Below are positions 26,740 through 38,783 of a DNA stretch of 64,000 bases, one piece after another. Location of the stretch: assembly GCA_028534125.1 (NCBI GenBank), contig CM052817.1, positions 43,898,001 through 43,962,000 on the forward strand, given 5' to 3'. How positions within the stretch are numbered: the first letter of the stretch is position 1; every line of letters begins with the position of its first letter. Origin of the DNA: Lama glama. Taxonomy: Eukaryota. The notes under the pieces were generated by a model that was given only the letters and a program-made list of their open reading frames with translations, was not told where the DNA came from and ran no database searches. The translations under genes and the position numbers were made by a program.

Positions 26740-29299
26740 TGCACAAGGAGTGGAATTGTTGGGTTGTAGAGGCTTATACATTCTTAGCTTTGTTAGGTAA
26801 TACCATAAAGTTTTACAAAGTAGCTGTACTAAAATACACCCCCAAAAGTAATATGGTTTCTGTTTTTCTGTATTCTTCCGAACAGTTACTTAATATTGTC
26901 AGATTTTTAAAGTTTTGCCAGTTACTGAGTAGGAAGCAATTCCTTATTGTACTCTTGATTTGCATTTTCCTAATCGCTAGTAAGATTGAGCATCTTTTCA
27001 TGTATTTGCCTCGTTTCTTTTCTAAAATTGCTGTTGATGTCTTTTGCTTATTTTCACTCAGAGTATTTGTTTCTTATTGATTGGTAGTTTTTAACTTTTG
27101 TCTCTTTTGTATTGTAAATGTCTTCCATTCTATGGCTTTTCCTTTTGTTTTTGGTATCTTTTAATGAATAGATTTGATATTTTTATTGTAGTTGAATTTA
27201 AAAGTCTTTTCTTTTATGGTTAGTATATCATCTTATGTCTTATAAAAAATCCTACTCTACCCCAGCTCAGAAATATGTTTTCCTATATTATCTCCTAAAA
27301 GTTGTAAAGTTTTTCTCTAATTCTAATTAATTCTTTCATTCATTTGGGATTTTTTTAGTATGGTACAAGGAGTCTAATTTTGAGAGCAATCTAATCTTGT
27401 TTTTTCCCTGTGAATAACCAACAGTCTCAGCATCATTCAATGAATAGTTTTCCTTTTCCCACTGATAAGAAAAGTCACCTCTCTCATATAGTAGCTACAT
27501 ATAGGCCTGTTTTGGGACCTCCATTCTCTATGCCTGGTAGTCAGTTTATCTAACCTTGCATTAATTAGTACATTGTCATAATGATGGCTTTATATTAAAA
27601 TTTGATATCTTGTTTAGGAAACCCTCTTACATTTTTCTTTTGCAGTGTCTTGGCATCTTGGGTGCCTTGAATCTTCCTCATGCATAAGAAATAGCTTCTT
27701 AAGTTTCACAAAAAATGCTGTTAGGAGTTGCTTTGAATGTTTGGATCAATTTAAGAAGAGTCAACATCTTGGTTACATTGAATCTTCCTACTCATGAATT
27801 TGGGCGTTCTGTTATTTAGATCTTATTTAATGTCTTTGAATAAAACTTTATAACTTTTATAACTTTCTGCACACCGGTTGGGCACATATTTTGTTAGATT
27901 TGTTTCTAGATACCTTATAAGTTTTTTGTTTCATTTATTTCAGTCACGTCTCTTTTATTTTTAAAGTTGTTTTTTTCTGCCTATTTGCTGCTGGGGTATA
28001 CAAGTTACCATTAAGAAAAAAGAGATCTTACACTAAGCCTTTTTGGCTAAATTCTCATTTTTCCTAAAAATTTGTCTACAGATGCTTTAGGTTTTATGTG
28101 CAGATAATCATTTCATCTACTGATAGAGACTTCGTTTCTCCTTTGAAATTCTTATTAATTTAATTTCTTTTCCCTATTTTAATGTATTGACTAAGATGTT
28201 TAGTACAGTATTGAAGCATTAATACTGGACATGCTTCTATTCCCAATTTTAAAGGAAATGAATGCTTCTAATATTTTTCCATGAGGAATATTTGCTCTAT
28301 ATTTTTGGTAATTTTGGGGGGGTTTCCTAGAAATTTCCTTCAATTTCTACTTTGCTAATTCTTATTCAACTGCTGAAAATTATTAAATGCTTTTCTTCAT
28401 CTTTTGAGGTGATTTCATCGTTTTCTCATTTCATAGGTTGAAGTGATAAATTATATGTAAGCATTTTTTCCCCCAACTTGAACCACACTTGGCATTCCTG
28501 AGATAAACCCAACTCCGTGCTTTTATGCACTGCTGGATTTATTTTGATATTTGTCAAGAATTGTGAAGCCTCTTAGATTTTATGCTTGCAGGCAAATAAG
28601 TTAGGCAATTATTGTTTGCTGGGTAGTAGTAGAAGACCTTAGACTCCAGGGTCAGACGTAGAACATTACCACTCAAGCAGCAAGGGGGGCCCAGAAACAT
28701 TCTGTGAACACAAGTGAGTTTGCATTGTGATTGAGTAATCCAAGTCCAAGGGTCCAGCACTTTTCAAGCAAGCAACAAATATAGTAGCAAGCTTCAAAAA
28801 GCCAGTCTTGATTCCCCAGGGGGACAAAGAGTTTCATGGAAGTATTGCTCTGGTTGCCTTGACCTATTTAGTTGTCTGTATATCTAACTACAGAAATTGC
28901 TCAGTACCAAAAGACAGAATTTGTTACACTCACAAAGAATGAGGAAGACAGGCGAAGTGTAGGGACCCTGACAGACTGTCTTTCCCAACAACTTTTTAAA
29001 GGAATTTTTCATAGATGTTCATGAATAAGATAGGCCTGTGTTTTTACAGTTCTTACTCAGTCCTCTCAAAGGGTTTGTGTAAGATGGAAATAATCTTTCT
29101 TGAAATTTTGATAGAATAAGACTTATAAAACCATCATTGACTGCTATTTTCTTTGTGGAAAATATGTAACTACTACCTCAATGTATTTGAGTTGTAGGAA
29201 CTATTGAGTCTTTCTAATTGTTAATGAGTCAGTTTTGTAGGACCATATCTGTACTATTGGAATTTTTCAGCCTTTTAAACTTTGCAAATTTGTGTGCAT
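26740..29299 (-). mobile_element. Highly diverged antisense L1 (L1ME-type), interrupted by a solo LTR
   Basis: ttgatttgcattttcctaatcgctagtaagattgagcatctttt and continuing antisense ORF2 text up to the gap. Confidence 0.7.
28552..28990 (-). mobile_element. Solo LTR (ERV1-class-like) inserted in L1
   Basis: TG...CA termini (tgtcaagaattgtgaag ... tttcccaaca), ~440 bp, GC-richer than flanks; L1 text resumes after it. Family not pinned down. Confidence 0.6.
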
Positions 29300-29799
29300 N
29301 NNNNNNNNNNNNNNNNNNNNNNNNNNNNNNNNNNNNNNNNNNNNNNNNNNNNNNNNNNNNNNNNNNNNNNNNNNNNNNNNNNNNNNNNNNNNNNNNNNNN
29401 NNNNNNNNNNNNNNNNNNNNNNNNNNNNNNNNNNNNNNNNNNNNNNNNNNNNNNNNNNNNNNNNNNNNNNNNNNNNNNNNNNNNNNNNNNNNNNNNNNNN
29501 NNNNNNNNNNNNNNNNNNNNNNNNNNNNNNNNNNNNNNNNNNNNNNNNNNNNNNNNNNNNNNNNNNNNNNNNNNNNNNNNNNNNNNNNNNNNNNNNNNNN
29601 NNNNNNNNNNNNNNNNNNNNNNNNNNNNNNNNNNNNNNNNNNNNNNNNNNNNNNNNNNNNNNNNNNNNNNNNNNNNNNNNNNNNNNNNNNNNNNNNNNNN
29701 NNNNNNNNNNNNNNNNNNNNNNNNNNNNNNNNNNNNNNNNNNNNNNNNNNNNNNNNNNNNNNNNNNNNNNNNNNNNNNNNNNNNNNNNNNNNNNNNNNN
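29300..29799. other. Assembly gap of exactly 500 N
   Basis: Run of N in intron 4. Confidence 1.
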
Positions 29800-32700
29800 A
29801 TTCTTTCATTTAGCATAATTATTTGAGGTTCATCCATATTGTTGCATATGTCAGTAGATCATTTCTCTTGATGAGTAGTATTCCATTGTGTGGATAGACC
29901 ATTGATTTTTATCTGTTCACAAGTTGAAGGATATTTGGGTTGTTTCCAGTTATTACCAATTAGGAATAAAGACACTGTAAATATTTGAATAGATTTCTGT
30001 GTGAATTAAGTTTTTACTTTCCTTGAGTAAATACCTAGGAATGGAACTGCCAGGTGGTGTGGTAAATGTATGTTAAGCAGTCTGGCAGTTTCTTATTAAG
30101 TTTATCTGGCTGATAAGCCACCATAGTGCATTTATCATTTTGTATTCTTAACCAAAAATATGAGAGAGTTTTAGTTGCTGTGCATCCTCATCAGCACTTG
30201 GTATTATCAATATTTTTTATTTTTGTCATTCTAATAGGATATAGTAATATCTCATGGTTTAAATTGTCATTTCTCTGATGAATAATTATACTTTTCATGT
30301 GTTTATTTGCTATCTGTGTATCTTCCTTGGCGAAGTGTTTATTCACATCTTTTGCCTAGTTTTATTATTGAATTGCTTTTTTCTAAGTAGTGAAAATTGA
30401 GAGTTCATTATATATTCTGGATTCAAGTCCTTTTTAAAGTAAGTGTTTTGCAAATATTTTCTCCCAACCTGTGGCTTGTATGTTTATTTTCTTCACAAGG
30501 CCTTTTGAAGAGCAATTTTCCATTTTGACGAAGTCCCATTTAACACTTACTTTTGTGTATGGATTATGTCTTTGGTGTCACATCTAAGGAATATTTGCCT
30601 CACCCAAGTACATGAAGATTTTCTTCTAGAAATTTTATGGTTAAATTTTACATATAGATCTGTGGTCTGTTTTGAGTTGATTTTTGTGTATATCCTGCAA
30701 AGTTTGTTCTTTTGCATATGCACATCCAGTCAGCTGGACTGCCTTGTCCTTTGCTTCCTACTTGTGCGTAGCCTTAAGGTCAGACACTGGGGAGAGCTTA
30801 GGCTGTTTCTAGGTCTTTCCTAAACCTGTGCATAGGCATCTATGTACGTAAGACCTTCTAGAGTCCCAGGAATATGTCGGAGCTTTTCAAAGCCTCTGTT
30901 GACATCTCATTCCCAGGCTTCCCCTTTTAAGCTTTTTGGTTAGTCTCTTGTTTGCCTCAGTTGTTTCAATGATGTCAGGCACCCACAAATTTAAAATATT
31001 TGGCAGTAATAGTTTCCTCAAACATCCCCCAAACCTCTACCTCTCTCCTTCAGGAAAAAGTCTCTTAGCACTAGGCAAGAGTGAAGGAACCACCGCACAG
31101 GTTAGATAATGACCAGTGTTTGGGAACAAGGCTTTGGGATCACTCCATCTCAGTTTTGATTGCTCCTATGGCTGCCAAGCTGCCCTGGCAATGAGGGACG
31201 AGGAGAAATCAAAACTCCACAAATCATTGTCCTTTTTTCTTGAATAAACACTCCCTGAGTTGCTGCGATTATTTAGTTAATTTCTAGAGTTCTGAAATAG
31301 TTGAGTTTGCAATTTTTACTGGCTTTTTTTATTTTTGTTACTGCTTTTACGGAGGGGCAGAGTTTTGGATGTCTTTTACTTCGCTATTTTTGCTGAGTTT
31401 TTCTATCCTTTTCCTTTTGAGTGAGCTCTGGTCATTTCTGTCTTTCAAGGAACATATTTCTTCTCAGTTGTTGAGTTTATGGACATAAATTTTTCTTAGT
31501 ATTATCTGTCCTTTTAATGTCTCCAGGGCTGGTCTCCCTTTCATTCTTGATATTTATAATTTGTGGTTTTTTGTCCTGGTTAAAGAGAGGTTTGTCAATT
31601 TTTTTACCTTTTTCAAAGTGCCATGTTTTGAGTTCAGTAGTAGTCTATTATTTTTCTGTTTTAAATTTTATAGATTTCAACTCTTTATTAGTTCCTTCCT
31701 TTTTGGTTTCTTTGTGGGCATATTTGCCCTTATTTTTTTAGATTCTTAATATGGAAGTTAGATCACTGCTTTTGATTTTTCTTTTCTAATATAAGCACTT
31801 AATGCTATAAATTTTCCTCTAACCACTGATTTAGCTGTATCCTACAAATTTTGATAATACATTTTCATTTTAATTGAATTAAAACATTACAAAATACCTT
31901 GTGACTCCCTCTTTAATCTATGGATTATTTAGAAGTATGGTATTTAATTTCAAAATATTTGGCTGTTTTCCAGATACCTGTCTGTTGTTGATCATTAGGT
32001 TTATGTTGTTATGGTTAAATAGTAAACTCTGTATGATTTTAATTCTTTTAAATGTTATAATATAGTTTGTTTTCTGGCCTAGAATATGTATGGTTTTTCT
32101 TGGTGAATATTCATCTGTACTGGGAAAGAATGTATATTTTCCTGTATTTGAATAGAGTATTATATAGATACAAGTTAGCTGACAGCATTGTTTGAGTCTT
32201 CTTCATCTTCATCAATTTTCTATCTACTTTTATGTTGGTAACTGACAGAGTAGTGTTAAAAGTCTCACATACTATCTTGCAGCTCTTTGGAGATATCATT
32301 CCATTGTATTGTAGCTTCTGTTGTTGCTCATGAATTTTGTTGGCATTCTCATGTTTTTTTCTTTTGAAGTAATTTGTCCTTTTCCCCTATCTGGTTTTAA
32401 AGTCTTCTGTTTGCCATTGGCATTCTCTAATTTGCAGTACAGTGTAAACTGAAAGTTTTTATAAACTTTGTATATGTTGTGCTACTTGTATCAGTTTATT
32501 TAATTTTTTAAAATTAGGTTTTGAAAGTTTGCAACCTTTTTCTTTTCAAATATTACCTCTTCTCATTTCTCCCCTCTCTCTAATCTCTCCTTCTGGCAAG
32601 GAGTTAATCTGGGTTTACTATTTATGGTAGGTGTGTCAGAATCCAGAATTTCTTCTTGTGTCCTTGTTTTTATCTTCTCTGTTATCCTTGGGTTTTCCTA

Positions 32701-33340
32701 GAAACTCTTTAAATAAGATCTGAAGCTTGAAGTTCTTGTAGCTCTAATGCTCTGTTATACACGAGCTCTGCTGATGTGGTGGTGAGGTACGGAAGGAGAG
32801 GAAGAGTCCTCTAGTCCTGTGGTTAGGTCTCAATCTTTCAGCGACCCTGAGCTGGGTGACCCCACTGCCCACACACATCAGCCTAGCGGGGGCTGGAGTG
32901 GAATACTTCTTTTATCCCAGGTTGATTAGGGTTTGGTAAAATCCCACTCAGTTATACTCTGGTTAAACAGTTTCCCTCGTGGGCAGAATTTGTTTTGGGA
33001 AAGCATTACTTTCCCTTCTACCTGCCAGAAGCATAAGGGAATTTTTCTCCTGTCTTTATAGTGAGAACCTGGTAGGATTCTTGGGGGTAAAACTCAGGAA
33101 AGTGTGGGGGTCTCTAAGAATGGGTCCACTCTAGTTTTTAACTCTCAAGCTAATCTTCTCTGAGCCTCCAGCAATTTGTCAAATACGACTTAAAAGTGCT
33201 CTAATACTGATTCCAGTTCTGGGCTTCTGCTCCCGCTAGGCTATGTCTCTCTGATCCGCCTGCTTGTGTTCAGGACAGCAGTTTGCCCTGTGATTTCAGT
33301 TGTGAGGATGGGAATGTCTCTATATATTGGTCCAGAAACC
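29800..33340 (-). mobile_element. Mosaic of antisense L1 fragments (3' end, 5'UTR-like and ORF pieces)
   Basis: 3' L1 text at 29800-30725; GC-richer L1M 5'-type segments at 30725-31395 and 32600-33340. Confidence 0.65.
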
Positions 33341-34648
33341 AAAGTACTGTTCTCTCTTTCTAGAGCTCCAATTTAACGTATATTGAGATTTCTTGTTTCT
33401 AACTTGAGTTAGAACAAGAACATCACTGTCTGATGTTTTACATCTTTTTGATGCTCAGTGATGTATTTTGGACCATTTCTTTAAATATATTTCTTCTGTT
33501 TACTTGTCTTATTTTCAGCTGTGTAATCTACTGCTTAAGTCAATCATCATGGTTTTCCCCCTAGTACTTTGAGTTATAATCGCATACAGTAAAATACATA
33601 AATATTTAAGTATGTAGCTTGACTAATTTTGACAAAAGTATACATCTGTGGAATCACTGCCTTGCTCAAGACAAAGAACTTCTCCGTCACCCCAGGAAGT
33701 TTCCTTTTCCCACTTTCAAGTCAGTTGGAAGCTGCTAACCAGATTTTCACCAAAGTTGTACTGTTTTACACACCTCCACCAGCAATTTCTGAGAGTACCA
33801 TTCTTTTTAACCACTTTGTTGGTCAGTGTTTTTTAACTTTAGTTGTTCTAGGTGGTGTATGTTGCATTGAAGATTTTCTCTGTTTTAATTGTTAGAATCT
33901 TCATTTCTGGAAGTTCCGCAGTTTTTGGTTTTTCAACTCTGTTTACTAGACTGTTTTTACATGATTGTTTTAACAAACACTGCTTTTATTTCTTAAGGGA
34001 ATATGTAGTTGAGGGAATACATAGATTTAACTGTTGCTTATTTTTTTGATATTTGATAAATCTATACTCCTAGTATTCAGATACTGCTGATCACTATCAT
34101 AAATAATTCTTATTTTCCTCTCAGATTTCAGTAACTCATCTTGGTTATGATAGGTTTTCTTTTCACTTGAAATATCTTCCTTTTCTCCATATGTAATATA
34201 AAAATTACAACTAGGAAGATCCTCCTTTTTTGTATTACTCATTCTTTCTCATACAAGGCTATTTTTCTTCTAGTTAGAATATTTTCTTCAAGGATAAATA
34301 TAGAACCTATAGAATTACTTCAAGATGCCAACTTGTGATATTACTTCAGACTTGACCAACATTAGTGTATATATATATGTGTGTGTAAGTGTACAATGTA
34401 TGTACACAATAAACCCAGATTATAGATATATAGTATAGACAGTGAAATCTGCAAAGAATTCCTTTGACGTTTTTCTTTATGACTACCTTAACAAAAAGAG
34501 TATTTAATTCATATGATTTCTTTAAATTTATGTAACATTAAATACAGTAAAATTAACTTTAGAAAATTAGTATTTTGTTTTATAGAGTACTTTTGTCTTT
34601 TCTTCCCATTGTAAGTCTTACAGATTTTATTTTTGTCATCTTCTTTAG

Positions 34649-34738
34649 GCAATCCTTTATCACAGGATATTCTCAATTTATACCAGGACCCAGATGGAAC
34701 CCGAAAGCTACTGAACTTCATGCTTGACAATCTTGCAG
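34649..34738 (+). CDS. CNOT6L: CNOT6L exon 5 (GNPLSQDILNLYQDPDGTRKLLNFMLDNLA)
   Basis: ctttag|GCAATCCT ... GCAG|gtaatt; 90 nt, phase 1-1. Confidence 0.96.
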
Positions 34739-36483
34739 GTAATTATTAATGACAAAGCAGTAAACTCTATAGGTATAACTGTTAACTAGTATATATCCTG
34801 TTGCTTAAGAGCATCTGGCCATTTTTTATAACTGCCTATAGTTTTGAAGTTCCTGCCGTTAGTATATCCCATGGTGGTGGGACATTCTTATTGTCACATA
34901 CGGAGTGCTTTCTATTTACCAAGCAATATATTAGGGACTTTGTTACATTATCTTGTTGAATCTTTCTAAGAACCCAAGAGGTAGGAATTTTTACTGGCGT
35001 TGTATGGATGTATATTCTGAAATGCAGAGAATAAAGTAATTTACCCAGGTACAGCTAACTAATGCCGAGGCTATGAACCCAACATTGTCTTGGTCTTAAT
35101 TACAAAGATACATAGTTATCAGTTGTTTGAATTCATTACTGATGTGGAACCCACACACTGTGTACATTTTTCATGAATGAAATGACTTGTTTGATTCACC
35201 ACACATTTGTAGAAATTTTGCAAGCAGAATTTTAATTAAGAACACCAGATTTATCTGACTAAAATAGTTGTATTCCAGATGGAAACTTTTTTTATATAAG
35301 TAGGCTATTAAATTATTCAACTTAAAAACTTTATTTTTTTATTTTTTTGCTTAAGCACTCAAAATACAGGTAGAAGTATGGAGATGCTACTGAATTCTGA
35401 GTTTTTTTTGGAATAATGCCTTACTAAAATACAATATCCTGAAACAGCTAGAGAAATCTAGATTCCAGCATAGAGGCCATTATCACAGTATTTTGGCTGG
35501 ACTCTTTTCAGTTCTATCATAGAAGACACCTACCTATGTAGAAAAAAATTTAAAAAGTAGTATTAATTTTGTTTTACCTTATTGTAAATCTTACTATTTT
35601 TTAAATTTTGGCTAAAAAGACTAAAAGTTGATTGATGAGAGAGAGACAACAAACTTATTAGGAAGTCCTTTTAGTAAGAAATTAAGACTGGCCCTTTAAG
35701 CTTAACAAAGCATGTATATGTTATTTCCTTCTTGTTTTAAAATTTAGTATCTCTCTTGTCTGTGTGGGTATAGCCAGTTGACCCAGCCATATGGCATGTG
35801 TGGTGTGTGTGTGTGTGATTTTTAAGTTCTTTATGTGCTTTAGATATAAGCTGTTTGCTGGTGCGCATGTTGCAAATACCTTTTCCCATGCTCTTGTTGC
35901 TTTTTCACTCTCTTAATTTGTCTCTTGATGAACAGAAAAATATTTAACATACTATGATGTTTATTGATCTTTTCTGTTATGATACTGCTTTTGTCTTCTT
36001 TTTAAGAATTTTTCCTTACCTCAAGCTTATGAATGCATTCTCCTATATTATTACTTAAAACCCCCATTTTTTACTTGCAACATTTAGAGCTGTAAGCTTC
36101 CTGAAATTGGAATTTGTGTAACATAGGATTCAATTTTCATAGCTCTTCTAAATGTATATTAAATTGATCCTGAGCCATTTATTGAAGACTGTCCTTTCAT
36201 TATTGTTTTTTTGTGCCAACTTTGTCATGAATCATCAGTGTTTGTATAGATCTATTTCTAGAGTCTCTGTTCTCTCACTAGTCTTTGTGGCCATGTAACA
36301 CTGTCGTTAATTATGGTAACTTTATAAAATGTTTTGAAATCCAGTAGAGTAAGTCTTTCCCCCTTGAGTCTTGGCTAGTTTTGGCCCCATGCTTCTTTTT
36401 GCCTTGTATTTTCATTACAATTGTTAGAATCAGCTTTTCAAATTTCTCCCTTCTCCTACGTGTAAGGATTTTCATTGGGGATA

Positions 36484-36700
36484 CAATTGACCCTTGAACA
36501 ACATAGGTTTACACTGCACAAATCCACTTGTACATGGATTTTTTTCCCCAATGACTATGTACTACACTATTATAGGATCCATGTTTGGTTGAATCTGTAG
36601 ATGTGGAGCCATGGATATGGAGTGCTGGCTGTAAAGTTATATGGGAATCTTCAACTGTAGCGGGGGTTAGGTCTCCACTGTGTTGTTCAGGGGTCAACTG
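36484..36700. mobile_element. Tigger2-type (Tc1/mariner-pogo) MITE
   Basis: 20-bp TIRs caattgacccttgaacaaca / tgttgttcaggggtcaactg (2 mismatches) flanked by TA at 36482-36483 and 36701-36702. Confidence 0.9.
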
Positions 36701-38540
36701 TATACTGAATTTTTAGATCACTTTGGAAAGAGTTGACATGTTAACAACACTGGGTGTTTTCTAATCTAACAATGTAGAATATTCTTTCATTTATTGTGCC
36801 TTGTCCAGTTTCTCTGAATATTGAGTTTTAGGTTTCTGGGTAGTGGTCTTGTGCATTTTTTATTACATTTATTCTAGGTATTGACTTTTTGATGCTTTTG
36901 TATTCTTTTTGAAAATACACATTATCTTAATGGTTACTGCTGGTTTGTGGAGTACAGTAGAATTTTGTATACTTACTGGTATTCCGTCATCTTGCTAAAT
37001 ACATGTTCAGCCACTTTGCTCAACTCTTCTTAATCCTAATGCATTTTAATGTCAATTTATACAATGATCTCATCTGCGAATAATGGTACTTTTATTATTC
37101 TTTTTCTGATTTTTATATCTTTTGTTTCTCTTTTCTTGCTTTATTGCACCTGGTGACCCCACCAGTAAAATGATAACCAAAAGTGGTGATAATGAGCATC
37201 TTTGTCTGATTTCAAAAGCTTTTAATGTTTATGATTAAGTATGATATTCACTGTAGTTTTTATATAGATAACTTTAATCAGATTAAGGAAGTTTTATTCT
37301 ATTCCTGGTTTGCTAGGAGAGTTCTTATTTTTTAATATGGATAAGTGTTGAATTTTATCAAATGCTTTTTCTCTAATGAGATGAATATATAGTTTTTGTC
37401 CTTTATTCTGTTAATTTAGTAATTGCATTGATTGCTTTTCATGTTATACTGTCTTTGTATTCCTGGAATAAGCCCAAATTGGTTGTAATATATTATCCTT
37501 TTTATATATATCCCTGTGTTTAGCTTGCTAATATTTTACTTAGGATTTTTTCATGTGTGTTTGAGTGAGATTGGCTAGTAGTTTTCCTTTCTTCAATACC
37601 TTTGTCAAGTTTTAACATAAAGGTTATACTGGCCTCATGAGCCTCATGAAAGTTACTGGAAATTATTTTCTAATTTTCTATTATTTGGAAGAGTTTCTTT
37701 AAGATTGGTGTTCTTTCTTAACTGTTTGGTAGAGTATATCTGACCCTGGGGTTTCTTTGTAGGAAGTTTCAGTTACTGATTTAATTTCTTTAATAACTGT
37801 AATACTTTTCTGGTTTTCCATTTCTCTATCAGTTTCTGAAAGTTTTGCTGATTTGGTAATTTGCATATTTTATCTAAATCTTCACATTTATTGATATACA
37901 GTTCAAAATATCTTTTTATGATGTTTTAATGTCCATTTAATGTATAGTGATGTCTCTTTTCCATTCCAGATATTAGTTATTTGTGTTGCCTCTATTTCAT
38001 GACTAGATTTGCTCAGGGATTTATCAATATTTTCTTTGAAGAAAAGAACCAATTTTTAGCTTTGTTGGTCATCTCTATTATATGTTTTTCCCCCCAATAT
38101 CAGTAATTTCTTATCTTTAATTGTTCCTTCCTTCTGGTTTCTTTGGGTTTCATTTGCTGCTTTTTCCCCCTAATTCAAGATAAACACCTCAGTTGTTCAC
38201 TTTTAGATTTCCTTTTTTTTTGTCTGATGTAGTCATCAATAAATCTCCCTTTAAACATGGCTTGTAGCTGCATCCCACAAGTTTTAATTTGTGTAATTTT
38301 CTTTATCATTCAGTTCAGCATATTTTCTAGTAGCTCTCATTTCTTCTTTGATAAATCATTTAGAAGTTTCTTTGTTTTTACGGGAGTTTTTCTAGTTTTC
38401 TCTGTTGTTGATTCCTAGTTTAATTCTAGTGTGGTCAGAGAGTATGCTTTAATTGACTTAAATTTTTAAAATGTGTTATTTATTACCTAACACACACTTA
38501 CGTTTTGTGAATGGTTAAATATGTAGTTAAAAAGAATGTT

Positions 38541-38783
38541 GGGTGGGAAGGAACAGAATTGGATTTCAAACTTCATAGATACTGACAGGCATATGTAGGG
38601 TGGATAAACAGGATTATACTGTATAGCACAGAAGTATATACAGGATCTTGTGGTAGCTCACAACGAAAAAAAAAAGTGACAATGAATGTATGTATGTTCA
38701 TGTATAGCTGAATAATTGTGCTCTACATGGGAATTTGACACAACATTGTAAAGTGACTATAACTCAATAAAAAAATGTTTAAA
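38541..38783 (+). mobile_element. Short 5'-truncated L1 3' end, sense, with TSD
   Basis: TSD aaaaagaatgtt at 38529-38540 and 38784-38795, TT/AAAA endonuclease site, caacattgtaaagtgactataactcaataaaa tail. Confidence 0.85.

Noticed and set aside
29218..29837. Five long ORFs in the ORF track
   Set aside because: Artefacts of the N run.
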